A stretch of 64,000 nt of DNA from Phoronis australis. Its lineage: Eukaryota > Animalia > Phoronida. The stretch lies in contig NMRA01000371.1 in NCBI GenBank assembly GCA_002633005.1, positions 382,011-446,010 of the forward strand, read 5' to 3'. A model generated the notes under the pieces. That model was not told the origin of the DNA. It ran no database searches and saw only the letters and a list, made by a program, of their open reading frames with translations. Made by a program: the position numbers and the translations under genes. Below, one piece after another: positions 1 to 13,771 of this stretch; within the stretch, counting starts at the first letter, position 1, and each line of letters begins with the position of its first letter.

Positions 1-99
1 AGCGACTGCTCAAAGTTGATTAAATTCTTAATTTTTAGTTTTGGCCAAAAGATGAGAAAGACCCCCTCAACTTAAAGTACAACTCGTTGGCTAATTCTT

Positions 100-472
100 T
101 ATCGCTGTGATTGCTTGGCCAAATTAGTTAGAAACACAAGATATCGCGACGATGTGATTATGAAGTAGATTGAAAATTGCCAAATGTTTTTAAGAACGAG
201 TCTTGTGGTGAAAATGATCCTCTGCAAATCACTGGACCGTGTCCAGTAAGTATTTGGGACGTGGTGCTAAGGAATAACACTGCATGATGCAGGCTATGTG
301 AGCCAGCGAGGTACATCATTAGTGCAAAGGTTCCCTATTTGCAGAATGTTTTGTTTGCACATTTACAACTTTTCAATGAATACAACTGCACTTTTTTAGC
401 GTAGATGATGTTCAAATAACGTTGTTTAGTTTCTGCTGAACATTAGCATAGAGCATGCAAATACATCTTTAA
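100..472. repeat. Dispersed repeat (MITE-like), copy 1
   Basis: Aligns by eye with 7660-8041 (shared gaaaat.gccaaatgtttttaagaa, aggaataacactgcatgatg, cattagtgcaaa). Both copies end in tacatctttaa. Confidence 0.7.
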
Positions 473-582
473 ATTCCTCTATATCGGCCAATAATGTCAT
501 TCAACAAATGAACAACAACAATTTCACTGTGAATAACTTCCTACCTCTTTTAGCCTCACCCAGCTATGTTAAATAAGTTTAC

Positions 583-3500
583 CTGTAAGGGTATCCCTGA
601 TATTTGGCCCTAAACACGGACAACAGCATGCTAAAGAACAGCGCCACCACACCTACGCCTACTAGTGCAACAACTGTAAATAAAGAAAATAATATTCAAC
701 TATCAGCAAATCATTCAGTTGCAAATACACTGACAGACAAGTATTCTTGATTAGTAACTGCTTATCGGGTTCTCAGTACAATAATGCAATGCGGTACACT
801 AGACTGGCCAATTGCTACTTTTTACAAACTTGAATTCATGATAGTCATGACATACAGCGTGCTGTACACTGTTCTGTTACTTCTCCCCTCATCATCTATG
901 TATTAAAGCCTATCTTCAACGGTAATTCATGTAAATTTGATTCCTACAGTATATTAAGAGCATCGCTCTGAGCCTACTAGTGCCATAAATTGCCAAATTT
1001 AACGAACTGCTAGGCGTATTGGCTCGCTTTTGTCTACGTCACCGCGAGAATCACCTTTTAATTCAAACAGCTGCGAATAACACCCACACGCAATGGTGTT
1101 CTATTCAGACCCCTATTCAATGTTTTGTCGTTAGTGCTGGGATCTCGCGATGACGCAACATGGCACTAACAGGCAGCTTCACTTATCATTTGACGAGCTT
1201 ACACTTGCGTGATTGAACTCACGTTTTCTTATTTTACTAAGGCTGTGCTAGAACTATCTGGTAAGCCCAATACATCTAAAATAATAAAATTCCGATGAAG
1301 TTAGGTTTTAATAACTATTCACTCACATCCAACATGTTTGTGACTTTTCCACAACTCTTTTTTCCAATCAAAAGTATTGTTTCATTTCAGAAGGAGATAT
1401 GTCCAGTCATGAAATACATCATTAATTTTCTACGTTGTTTTAGTGATGTATAGGTAGTTTCCTTATTGTACGGTTACACTGGCAAATCAACAAGATTCCC
1501 ATCAGTTTGAATGGATTTGTGTGATGGAGAAAAACATTCATTTCTCCCTCCATGATACAGATATTTAATTCAACAGTTGTATATGGCCAGGGGTGCACGA
1601 CATGAGTTACTTACTTTTCTTTTTCCCTGCATCTCCCTTTATGTTGTTGGCTTCATTCAGCATGATCATGCCAATAACAACAGCAGCATCTGGTAATAAT
1701 TGTTAAGGAGGCGTGGCAAACTCATTGATTGACTGGTACAGTCATGCACCAAGTGGTGAGTTAGTAACGTTTAAAGGACACTAAGCCCAGTTTGAGCTTA
1801 CTTAACATATACAGTCATTTCTCTAACTTTGCAGTTCGTACATGGCTCTAACACAGTGTTTCTCCATTAGTGCGTACAGTAGGTGTCCCAGGGAAAAAAT
1901 AGTGAATGCACTAATGGACAAATGACCGTATTTATGTCACTTATCAGTAGAATTGTTGATGTAAAAGAACTCCATGCAACCTTTGCAACTATGAACAGTT
2001 TAAAAACCCCTTACAAAGTCTTCAATGCATGACTTACGAAGATGAACACTTTGAGACCAATAACAGTAAGTAGTCTAAAACAGAATTTATTTCTGTGATG
2101 GGAGGTGGTTCTATGACCGACTTAAATCACCAAAACGAACGCTCGACATCTTTGAGGAAAAAAATTGGTGAATGCTCACAGAGGGAACACTTGTCAAAAG
2201 GATACTCAAAAAGATGACTATGTACGTTTCCATGATGAACTGTCCTTGGCTGCTGCCATGAATGTAATGCTGTGGAATGACAGATAATGATAAATTGCAA
2301 TTTAAACACAAGTGCTTTTTGTAATTATAAGTCACCAGTTTAAGGGACACCATACACTACATAAGGTCTTAAGTTAAAGGTGAGCCAGGGACCTAAACCA
2401 AGGCTCTTGCATTGTGATTCGGGGTTAAGATTTGTAGGAGAAGGAAAATAGTAAAACACTTGAGTCCAAAAGTTTCATGAAATCTAAAAATCGATAAACA
2501 AAATATGTTGTAATTTATAGTCACGGACAGCCAACTAGTCTACTTTGTAAGACGTCAACTGATATGAAACAATGGATAAGTAAAACAGAGTTTGAGACAT
2601 TGAAATCATGATTAGGACATATACAAGACAAAGGCTGACACATGTAAAAAAGCTTTTAGTGAAACATTCTTGGGTAAAACATTTTAAAAAATCAAAACGC
2701 CAAGACCACCATACTTTACTCGAGATCCAACTTCAGACAATGAACAATAATATGCAACATGCTTTCGGTAAACGTTAAAACTGTAATAATTTTCCGGTTT
2801 CAAGTGAAACTCCTGTGACATTCACGTATGCATATAGGCCAGTGACCTTTGTGCTACTGAATAAATACTCCGTAATTAACGGTCTATGACAATACTGTGT
2901 GTATGTTTATTGCCGCAAACTCACCACTTGTCCTGTCTGTGGGTTCTTGTGCATGAACGGCGGACCACGGATGTGGTTCCACATCTGGCCAGAAGTCATT
3001 GCAAAGATGACTGCCTGAAGACGAGACATAAGAATGTACAAAGCCTTCACTGTAATTGGAATCTAGCGATGCATGTTTGAACACATCTGGATAACAATTG
3101 CCTCACCAATTAACATTACATAACTTATCCTTTGCCTTTGTATCAAATCTGAATTTCTAAACCATATTTATAGCAAGTCAGAACATATCCATGACAGCAA
3201 GTAGCAGCATATTTTCATAAAAACAACAATGTATTTAAATTGCCTGGACATGTTTCGGCGTTTACTAAAACACCACAATGTATGCTTCACTTATACATAA
3301 CTTCCACTTTGAAGCCAAGCACTCACCAAAGCAGCAATGCCCCAGGAAGTCTTGTTGTAGAGGAACTCTAGGTTGTTTCTCTTCACATAGAGCAGCCCTC
3401 CAACCAGAGAGAGTAAGAGAGCCAGGGCCAGTGTGTTGGAGTAGTTGGGTGGGCGGAATACACGAATCTGTAACAACGTACATACATTGCCTTAAAGCAA

Positions 3501-6500
3501 ACTAAACATCATGGTTCAAATTCTTAAGTGTTTTTGCTGCAAATGCACAATTTTATTATGAATGTTCACTGTACCATATGCTCTGTACAAAATTGTAAAG
3601 CTATTTTGTCTAATGCCCTCAGGTCTTGCTACCACCGTTACCACAGGCACTTTTTTCTGTTGATGCCTGCCCCAGTACAATACTTCATGGTGCCACATTT
3701 TACAGTCAGTATGGAGTCTGAGCCAAGGTTTTGTTCATCAAATTTAACTTAGTTGTTGAATGACGTATGTACCCTAAGTGTATACGGTGACTCAAGGATC
3801 ATTACTATAAAGACTACCAGTCCACTAGTGCATCGTGGTAAAATGAGTGAAAGCATCAACTGACTGCAACAGAGCATAAACACTGCTAAAAAAACAATAT
3901 GTTTTCATACAAGCCGTGAAAACATTGAAAATACTGCACAAGACTCAGTGGGACCTTGTAAGACACTAATCTTTAGTCACAGAAGTGACCGGAAGTCAGG
4001 ATACCTTGTTCCTGAAACTTCTGGCGACACGATGGATGTGGAATTTACCTGACAGCTTCGTTGTTAATATCTGACCAATCATTTCAATCAGAACTAAGGC
4101 AGCGTTCCTGTCTAATATCCAAAGAGAACTTACATGAATGTCTGTCCTTTCAGCAATGAACCTTCCAATCTGTTCGGCAGCAAAACCAATTCTAGAATTT
4201 AAAAAGCAAAAGTTCACGTCATGTTCTCATTAACTAGAACCAGAATTACCTTTAACTCACCAATTCTCTGGTCAATCAAGTAGAATAATAGCAGGTCCAC
4301 ATACATAACAGTACAAACCAAAACTATTGAGACAAAGTGACCCAGAAATCCCTTGTCATGATGGGTAGGCGGACGCCGCATTCATCGTGAGAGTAGCCTT
4401 CCCTCGTGACTCAGAATGGAGATGAATTAACAGGGCAGTAAGGTGGAGAAGCTATCAGCCATATTGTAATTAGAATTTTGCAGCCCTAATGGTTATTACC
4501 AGTGTTCTTTTTGGTATTAACAGAATTAGCCATCATGAGAAGGGAAAAATATTTTGTTTGATTCCTCGTGTCTTGTACGGCATCTGCCTTCTCATTAAGT
4601 CACACATCTCAATGCTGTATAAGAAAGGCTGTATATTAAATCAGTTACTGCGAAGTGATTTCACAAGCTGCAACTCCATGTACATCTAACAATACAAAGA
4701 TCAATGCTATGACAATGATTTCAACCGTTTTAGTTCAACCATCAGCAGTCATGACTTCACCTGTGAATGTCCATCGTGTCCGCCTTCTTGGGTTTGCCCT
4801 TTGGTGGGTAATGTATGAACACAGGGGCAGAGTTCATTCCCAACTGAAATCAACAGGCAAAGCGTATTCTAGTAACTCTCTTTGTACAAGACAGAACACC
4901 ATTATGGGGCCTGATAGTGCACCTCCTTTCAGTTAACTGTTGCAAAAGGACACTAAGTGTGACATGTTGGTGAATACAGACAAATACATACCAGCCTATA
5001 ATGCAATCTATATCTTGACAGATGGAAAAATTAATTCCAGTAAACAGACCAACACTTACAAGGTACTGAGTCCATTTGATTCTAAAGATCAAGCAAAAAT
5101 AATTAAATATCATTCATTTCATTTCAACCACAATTACTTTTAGACATGTGTTGCATTAAATATCTGATAATGAATTGCCATGCTGTGAATATCTTACTAT
5201 CAATATTACACCATAGCTTAACGAGCCTGACCACACAGTCATAGCCTCTTTGTATTAGCCATATTCAATATCATGGCTCACTACTCTCAATAAAATGTCT
5301 TTAGCCGTCCTGATTTGAAAATCCAATCACACCTTGAATACTGAAAACATTAGGCATGCTGTTTTGTCTTACTTAAATCTCATATTGCCTTCTTAAAAAC
5401 GCTTTGAGGATGTGATGTAGTAATATATCTCTTGGTCTATTTACATTGGCATGATGTTTCAGTTATATTTCCGGCCATCTTCAAGCATTAAAACTTTCAC
5501 AGAAGAACGAGCCCTGGTGTCTGGAACACACATGGTTGGCACGTTGGGTATGGCGAGGCTTGAACATGGGATCTCTCGGTCACTTCAATGAGCCATCCAT
5601 GCCAGGGAAATTTTATACATTTTTATCTTCCTTATAGTCTAAGAAGGGGAAGCCAGGTTTTGATTAGCTGCTTGCTAACCTGACAGAAGGCATTTGCATA
5701 ACGCCCTTGATCTTTTTTAGTCCAGCCTGCTAGTCTCCACTTCCATAGTGAAAAAGCATGCCAATGTAAATAAGCTAGAAGGTGGCTTACACAGACCAAG
5801 AGAGTTCAGTCACCATGATACCTCATTTTTAAGAAAACTTGCAAGCTCAGTAGGCGCATTGTTTACGATATAAATTATAAAGCAACATATCTAATCACAA
5901 AGTTCACTGTATACAGGTGAGGGGATTCAACATATTACATGTGCATTGCAATCAATCCGGCTTAAATATGCCAATAAACCTGATGTTACCGAGTAAGGTT
6001 ACCAAGCAATGACGCAAGCTTGAAATGAAACATTCAGTGCATAATGCTACGTACTGCTTGAAAGACATCAGGACCTTCATCGTAGTCGACCATTGCAAAA
6101 AACAGTCTGTTATTGTACTGCTGCGAGTAGCGCCATGAGTTGGCCACAATTGTAAACTCATCACTGGCTTGCCTGAAAACCACAGAATGTAAGAAGAACA
6201 TGACTACAGCATTTGCAACAGTATGACAGTGTAACAATAACTGTGATTTGGCCTATTCTTGAGATACATTTGAAACTCTTGCACAGGCAAAATCGTGCGT
6301 CATCAATCATGGTGGCATATGGGTAATATGTAAATCTCAAACCATCGTGGAAATACAGATCACATTCATTTTTAAGTTTGGTCAGCACACCACCCACATC
6401 ACGTGACCTAATGAATTCGAGTCCCGCTCTGGGGCAAAAATTTTATCAGACATATATTCATTACGTCATGTGATGTGACCAACAGGTGGCGTGCTGACCA

Positions 6501-9500
6501 AACTTAGAAATGTTAAACTTTGTAATCACGGCCCACTTGTTAATCTCTATCAGTGTCACTATTAACCATTATTGTTGTTATATTTCACAATTTGAAATGC
6601 TTCAACAAAACAGCAACCATCTTTTCTGTACTTTGAATCACATGACATTTGATGCTGGTACACATTACTTTTATTAATCATATCAAGTGACTAACTGTGA
6701 TTACCTGCACACGGTACACTGGCGCTGGGCCTGCAATGCTGTCAACATGACTACCACAGAGTAGTTCCTAGGAGGGTTCTTAATGTACTGACGGAACTTG
6801 TCACCGTTCATGCGGATGACTGACTTTCGATAACTCCACTCCCCCAGCTGGTGAATCTTGTCTCCAAGCACTTCCTAAAACAAAAACCGGGTTGCTTGCT
6901 AAAGCCATGATCAGCATTATACCTTTAAATAGAGGGAGACCAATTATAATGTAAGAATTAGAACTGACAGTGTTCCCCTGCAACCATGAATGCTTGGCTC
7001 TATTGGAGCCACATTTTCCCCCACAACTGAAAACCCAAACATATCATAGGAACACAAATGCCAATGAATGTGTCAGAATTGAGCTGCAGTTAATGCTCGT
7101 TGTAACGCACATTAAGGTTTTCTTGTCTTGTACTTATTCAGTTTCGACACACTGCCCAGTTGTTGGTGACACCCTTTGATGCTATGCTATGATAACGGGA
7201 AGTCGTCACGTTACATTGTAGAATTTAGGTCACATAAATTCCAGCTCATGAAATAAATTGCGGTCAAAAAAAAGGCTGGCGAATCCAATGTTTTCACCTG
7301 CATTTGATTTAGCGACTCTAAGTTAACTGGTTCTGACCGTTTTTTTTAGAAACAATGAGGTTCACATGAGCTGGCGCTACTTTGTTGGTTACAGAGGGAG
7401 ATGCAAACACTCAGTTTGCGTAATTGGAACTCCCAATGCCAGTTGGCCAAAGTCTTGGCTCGCATTACCAAATTTTAGCAAATGCAACCTGCAGCTTGCT
7501 ATGTCGAGCCCTAGCTAAGCCTTGATAACGCTATTCTCTACAATGGAAATTCCTTATTCGAATAAAATTTTCATTTGATATACATAACGTGGGAGATCTG
7601 AGAAATACACCTTAAAAGATATTGAGCACTTTGTTCTTTAAGTGGAACTTGCACACTACTTCCTTATCTATGTGATTGCTTGGTTATATTAGTTGGAAAT
7701 ACAACATGTGAATATGAAGTAGGTTGAAAATCGCCAAATGTTTTTAAGAATGAGTTTTGTATCAAAAGTGATCCGCCATAAATCACTTAACAGTGTCTAG
7801 TAAGTATCGTGTCGTGATACTGAGGAATAACACTGCATGATGTGGGCTATCTGAGCCCACCAGGTACGACATTAGTGCAAAAGTCACCTACTAGCAATTT
7901 TTTTTTGTTTTCACATTTTACAATTTGTCAATGAACACAACAGTACTGCACTTTGTTTAACGTAGATGATGTTCACATAGCTTGGTCATTTAGTTCCTGC
8001 TTTACATTAGAACAGTTAGGAGCGTGTGAGTACATCTTTAAGGAGGAATTCATTTATGTTTTCAAATGAGCACGCTAAACTGGTGTTAGTAAGGACTTGC
8101 TTTTCAGTTACATTTGTGAATAGAACAGTCCTATTTCAGTCACTAGTTAAAATATTATTGTGCACTTGAGTTTTGGCTTTTTACTAATCTGACATTAATT
8201 GGGTCGTGTGACGGTGTCTTTTTTGGTAAAATTCAGCGAAAAAGAAAGGCCCATAATGTTATCAATTACATTCTTTAATTTTATTTGATATAAATGTTCA
8301 AAGTGAGATCTCAAAAATGCAGTTACAAATTTCTAAATATGATTTCATTTTTGATATAGTCAGATCAATGACCTAAATGCTGATGCAAGTCATTCCTCAG
8401 ACATATTGCTTCCAAATTGTGGTGACCTAATTTATCAAAATTGTCAAAAATCGGAGTTATTCTAAAAATGCACATTGACTAATGAGCTTGACCCTAAAAC
8501 ATCGCGTCCAAGAATCACAGAAAAAATATCAGATGAAACTATGTCTAACCTTATTAAAAGCACGCCACAGAGAATCGCAAAACTAACAGTAGTTCTGAAT
8601 GAGGTGAAACAATCAAATACTGGAACAAATGAAAAGTACTTAATCTTGCTGACCACTGTGATCTTAAAGACTTGTCTCAAGCTTTTGAGACCCCTGGCCT
8701 CTCTCTTGGATAGCGACTAAAGCATCATATTGTCATTTCAATGAACAATGCTCTTTCGTATCTACAGAGAGATACACACATCAAGGGGACAGTTACTGCT
8801 AGATTTGGACACCATAAAAGTCAAACTGAGTAAAAACCGGGCAATTCAAGAAAAAAAGTTGGCAAAACTATTTACCCCATGTAGCAAAGGTTGCATCTTA
8901 CTTATTGGTCCTTGGCAAATTTAAGTTCACAGAGTTTAGATTGGCCTTTGCTATTCGCGGGAAAAGTTTTTGTCTATACTATTATTGCTGCCTCAACAAC
9001 TTTCGGAACTCAAGAGTATAAGATAGAGGAGTGTTCCGACACGTGAATTCCGGCTTTGATGTCGAGTCGTAAAATGCCTCTCTAAATTACTAACCAATTG
9101 ACTCTTGCCAAATGGTTTGGACGCTCAGCTCTCATGTGGGAAACCCTCCTTCAAGTCTCTGAGTCAGCAGATTTTTCTACACTACCACCAGCAGTACACA
9201 GGCGTCGCTCCGTGTTCCATATCAAGACCTATGTCAAGCACAGGCTTTATTGTAGATGTGCTTCCGGTGAATCATATGAGCCTCTGCTAGCCACTCGTTA
9301 ATGGGGAAAAGCTTATTAGCAGAATGCTTAGCACGCTTGCCGATTTTATCAGGATCGCCGGTTCGATTCCCGGGAAGAGAAATTTCAGCAATTACAACAG
9401 TATCAACTGTGGATTGCATGCCAAGTGAACTGATCATAAGTACGATGTTGTATACCTAGTGGATTGTGCCTCCTCTCGTGAGAGCTGAGAGTCTGGTCGT

Positions 9501-11431
9501 CAGTTAAAAACCAGTTTACCTGTATTGATTGGCATAGAAAATCTGTGAGGCTTGGATCGTGGTCTTCAGCTGGATCTGAGCATGCTCAAGAACACATCAT
9601 ATCATTGACTGGGAGTCTGCTAGCATTTAAGACGGTGAGAACAGGTAGATTCCTCAACAAATCAGGGATTAAAAGCTATCAACATCAGGCATTATACGCC
9701 CGATATAATATGACTGGGGTACTGGGATATAGGAGTTTCTCTATTATTTGTACAGAAAGAACTTGTAGATTATGTTTTTTAGAATTAAAATGATTACTTA
9801 TAGTATCAGAAATGTTTTTATGTATTATGTTAAATCTATGATTGTGAAACCGGGTTTGAAGGTTATGTTGAGTTTGTCCTACATATTGAATGGAACATTT
9901 TCTACATGTTGTTAGGTAAATGATATTGTTGGTAGTGCAGTCAGAGAAATTTCGAAGTGTTCATTGGTTTGAGAAGACTGGAAGGAAGTATTATCGTTGA
10001 TAAAGTTACACATTTTACATCTAGATTTGTTACATTGTGTGTTGCCAATGGGTTTGTCAGTTTGTTTTTATAGTCCATATTTGCTCTAACTAAATAACTT
10101 TTTAAGCTTTTACATTTTCTCCAAGAAATTACAGTTGGATGAGGAAATAGGTTTTTCATTTGAGGGGAAATATGCAGTGGAACGATGCTTTATGAAGATG
10201 TGGCTAATTCCTTTTAAACATGGATTGAACATGGTTATGACAGGTATTCTACTAATAGTATTATCGTTCACTTTTGTTCTTAAAGAATGATTGCTTGTGA
10301 TTGAGTGGACAACTCTTTGTGTATAAGATGTAAGGGGAAATGGTGTTGAAGTAAGTAATGTTTGAGTTCTTTTAAACGGTTATTAAAGGCAGTTTCTTCT
10401 AAACAAACGCGTCGAATTCTAAGAGCAAGACTATATGGAGGGCTTTTCTTACACTGACAGGGATGACATGAGTGATATGACAGATATTAGTGTTCGTCAG
10501 TTTCTTTACAGAAAAAATCCGTTTCTAGTTTATCATTATTAAGGATTATGACAGTGACATCTAAAAATTTTATTTTGAGAAATGTCATTAGTGAACTTTA
10601 TTGTGGGGTGAAATTTGTTAATATTATCTAAGAATACATTTTCTGATTTCATGAAATCCTAGTGCATTTGCTACCAGAGCAGTCAGCACGTCAAACACGC
10701 ACTTCAATTACAACAGTAAGTAATTAGACGGAAGTCAGTAGCGTTCAGCAAAAATTGGCAAGATCAGTAAAATATGCACAACTAATGTATATGATTGTCT
10801 GGGTTCCTGATTTAGAGAATCAGGAAATCACTGAATAATGGGCCCGTTAACTGGTTCTTTAAATCATTGACTGCAATATCCGACCAGTGCCTACAGCCTC
10901 TACTGACTACTGAGCCAGCTAGAGACGATGGACACTGTCTAATGAGAATGGGACACGGTACACGATTGTACAACGTCAACGGTTTCTACTTCGGATCAGC
11001 AAACTTAGATTTCATTTGGTCACCATAATAATATGCTTCTATCCGGGCAGTAAGATACGGCTAAAAGAACCCCTCCTACTATGGATTTTACCAAGCTGAT
11101 GAACAATTTTGAACATATCCTGTAGAACTATAGTTTGGTTATTCCAACTGAAATTACTGTCATGTCCCATCCACAACCGGAAATTCACGACAACACCGCT
11201 TTCATTCGGCGTCTCGACGGTTTTGCCGGTGACTAGGGTGCCGATTGGAGGCTGCAGTTTTGCAAAAGCATACCGAAAATATAATAATTAAAACGATTAA
11301 ACTACATGGAATCTTAACATTCTAAAACTTACATCTTTCTTTTTTGCTGCTGACACGTCTGAGGAGAGCAAGCACACAGCCACAACAACAGCAAAAACAA
11401 CTAAATTCATTTCAGTGACAAGAGCCACCAT
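583..11431 (-). CDS. TUSC3: TUSC3/MAGT1-like oligosaccharyltransferase oxidoreductase subunit (OST3/OST6 family), multi-exon, final exon not located
   Basis: Exons with GT-AG ends and consistent phase: 11431-11333 (signal peptide [33 protein letters not shown]), 6874-6705 ([20 protein letters not shown]...QRQCTVC, thioredoxin CxxC), 6172-6055 (ANSWRYS...[15 protein letters not shown]), 4843-4761 ([21 protein letters not shown]), 4191-4134 ([10 protein letters not shown]), 3467-3327 ([10 protein letters not shown]...[10 protein letters not shown]), 3014-2925 ([15 protein letters not shown]), 2269-2206 ([10 protein letters not shown]), 1689-1615, 673-583 ([10 protein letters not shown]). These motifs match TUSC3/MAGT1 as recalled; the two vertebrate paralogs cannot be told apart here. 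Confidence 0.95.
1690..2205 (-). other. U12-type (minor spliceosome) GT-AG intron in the TUSC3/MAGT1 gene
   Basis: On the minus strand the donor reads GTATCCTTTT and the branch site TCCTTAAC (1709-1702) lies about 10 nt before the terminal AG. Both match the U12 consensus. Confidence 0.92.
6364..6512. repeat. Short fold-back (MITE-like) inverted repeat
   Basis: catttttaagtttggtcagcacaccacc...cctaatgaat pairs with attcattacg...ggtggcgtgctgaccaaacttagaaatg. Confidence 0.6.
7660..8041. repeat. Dispersed repeat (MITE-like), copy 2
   Basis: Diverged direct copy of 100-472 with a TTAA end. Confidence 0.7.
9310..9380 (+). pseudogene. tRNA-derived sequence (pseudo-tRNA or SINE head)
   Basis: A-box-like TAGCAGAATGCTTAG and B-box GGTTCGATTCC inside a T-arm (ccggTTCGATTcccgg); the acceptor stem is poor. 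Confidence 0.55.
9650..10645 (-). mobile_element. Decayed Penelope-like retroelement (RT C-terminus plus GIY-YIG endonuclease)
   Basis: Minus-strand translation across frameshifts and stops: [15 protein letters not shown]...FLDVTV...[39 protein letters not shown]; [16 protein letters not shown]; CNKSRCKMC; [23 protein letters not shown]...TRFHNHR. This is the typical Penelope-like domain order. Confidence 0.88.
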
Positions 11432-11619
11432 GTTGTCACTGAACCCCATTAATTATAATATTTTAACAGCACATTGATAATTGATACAAAAATATACAAT
11501 GCAAAGCTAATTTTAAAAAATATTTCTTCATACAAATAGTAGTTTTGTATGGCGTTTCAACAAATTTGTGTTTTCTAAAAATTTTCTTTTGAGCATGATT
11601 ACTTGGCAACACTGCTTGA

Positions 11620-11704
11620 TCACGTGACTTACAAAAGACCGAAACTGATGGTGTGTGACATCTTGATTTTAGCTGTTTTAGATTTTAGCAAGAATATGAC
11701 GTGA
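11620..11704. promoter_or_regulatory. Candidate promoter motifs upstream of TUSC3 (E-box/CLEAR TCACGTGA; UPRE-like TGACGTGA)
   Basis: TCACGTGA at 11620-11627 and TGACGTGA at 11697-11704, about 190-270 bp upstream of the ATG and kept in the second copy. Motif match only. Confidence 0.3.
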
Positions 11705-13154
11705 GGTTCAGGTGAGTTCCATGTGAACACGTTATCATAATATTTATCAATTGTCGGTTTGTGCTGATGCTTGTTCTTGAACATGTATAAGATTTTATCA
11801 GTAGTGAGCATCTGGAGCACGTTGCAAGTGGCAGTAGCCTTGCACTGGCAGTGACGTTGGCATTGACCACCGTCTCTTCAGCTAGAGACGGTGATTCCTA
11901 TAGGAGCTTCGTACGCCAGAAGCTTTTCGGCAAGTTATGCCTCACACTGGTAATTGTTTACAATATGACGACATTGACCTACACACATGATTTTGGTATC
12001 GTTCGATTCCTCGCAACATTATCTTTCCAAAAATATATGATGAATGTACCCTACACATAGTGTAGGGAGGACAACGTTTTTTTAATTTTTTTTACAATAC
12101 CCATGTGTCATACATTTTTGAAAAGCCCTTGGTGTGAGAAATGAAATGATACAAAAATCAGAAAAATTGGATGAGCGGTTGACGAGAAAATGGCCGTTGA
12201 AACTCGACGATTATGCGTAAAATATCTGCCTTTTTACATAATTTCGTAAAAAATAAAAGAATATACATGCGCTGCATATAAAAAGATTCGTCTAATTGAG
12301 ACAAACATGGTGGTATGTGTTATATAAAATTTGGATCGATTTCTACAGAGATATTGCTGTTTAAGTGTGTTGTTATAGCATATAGAACAGGCTCATCATG
12401 TTTGATGAAAACAATGGATTACACAGCTTAAAAGATAAAGAGCAAAGACACCACATCAGCTCAGAAATAAATACATCTAAGCTAGGAGGAAATTTCACAT
12501 CAAATCACAAGATCACATTGGTGGATTTGGGGGGGCAAGGGGGCNGTAATTAGACGGAAGTCAGTAGCGTTCAGCAAAAATTGGCAAGATCAGTAAAATA
12601 TGCACAACTAATGTATATGATTGTCTGGGTTCCTGATTTAGAGAATCAGGAAATCACTGAATAATGGGCCCGTTAACTGGTTCTTTAAATCACTGACTGC
12701 AATATCCGACCAGTGCTTACAGTCTCTTCTGACTACTGAGCCAGCTAGAGATGATGGACACTGTCTACTGAGAATGGGGCACGGTACACGATTGTACAAC
12801 GGTTTCTACTTCGGATCAGCAAACTTAGATTTCATTTGGTCACCATAATTCTAAATGCTTCTTGCCGGGCAGTAAGATACGGCTAAAAGAACCCCTCCAA
12901 CTATGGATTTTACCAAGCTGATGAACAATTTTGGACATATCCTGAAGAACTATAGTTTGGTTATTCCAACTGAAATTACTGTCATGTCCCATCCACAACC
13001 GGAAATTCATGACAACACCGCTTTCATTCGGCGTCTCGACGCTTTCGCCGGTGGCTAGGGTGCCGCTTGGAGGCTGCAGTTTTGCAAAAGCATACCGAAA
13101 ATATAATAATTAAAACGATTAAATTACATGGAATCTTAACATTCTAAAACTTAC

Positions 13155-13253
13155 ATCTTTCTTTTTTGCTGCTGACACGTCTGAGGAGAGCAAGCACACA
13201 GCCACAACAACAGCAAAAAGAACTAAATTCATTTCAGTGACAAGAGCCACCAT
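13155..13253 (-). CDS. TUSC3: Second copy of TUSC3/MAGT1 coding exon 1 (probably the other allele)
   Basis: 99-nt copy of 11333-11431 with one V>L change and an intact ATG and GTAAGT donor. It lies inside the duplicated block 12546-13884. Confidence 0.85.
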
Positions 13254-13771
13254 GTTGTCACTGAACCCCATTAAATATAATATTTTAACAGTACATTGAT
13301 AATTGATACAAAAATATACAATGCAAAACTAATTTTAAAAAATATTTATTCATAAAAATAGTAGTTTTGTATGACGTTTCAACAAATTTGTGTTTTCTAA
13401 AAACTTTCTTTTGAGCATGATTACTTGGCAACACTGCTTGATCACGTGACTTACAAAAGACTGAAACTGATAGTGTGTGACATCTTGATTTTAGCTGTTT
13501 TAGATTTTAGCAAGAATATGACGTGAAGTTCAGGTGAGTTCCATGTGAACACGTTATCATAATATTTATCAGTTGTCGGTTTGTGCTGATGCTTGTTCTT
13601 GAACATGTATAAGATTTTATCAGTAGTGAGCATCTGGAGCACGTTGTGAGTGGCAGTAAGCCTGGCACTGGCAGTGACGTTGGCAGTGACCACCGTCTCT
13701 TCAGCTAGAGACGGTGATTCCTATAGGAGCTTCGTACGCCGGAAGCTTTTCGGCAAGTCATGCCTCACACT

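Noticed and set aside
1-582. Final TUSC3/MAGT1 coding exon
   Set aside because: No convincing acceptor plus short terminal peptide was found; the region is mostly a dispersed repeat, so the exon is probably outside the window.
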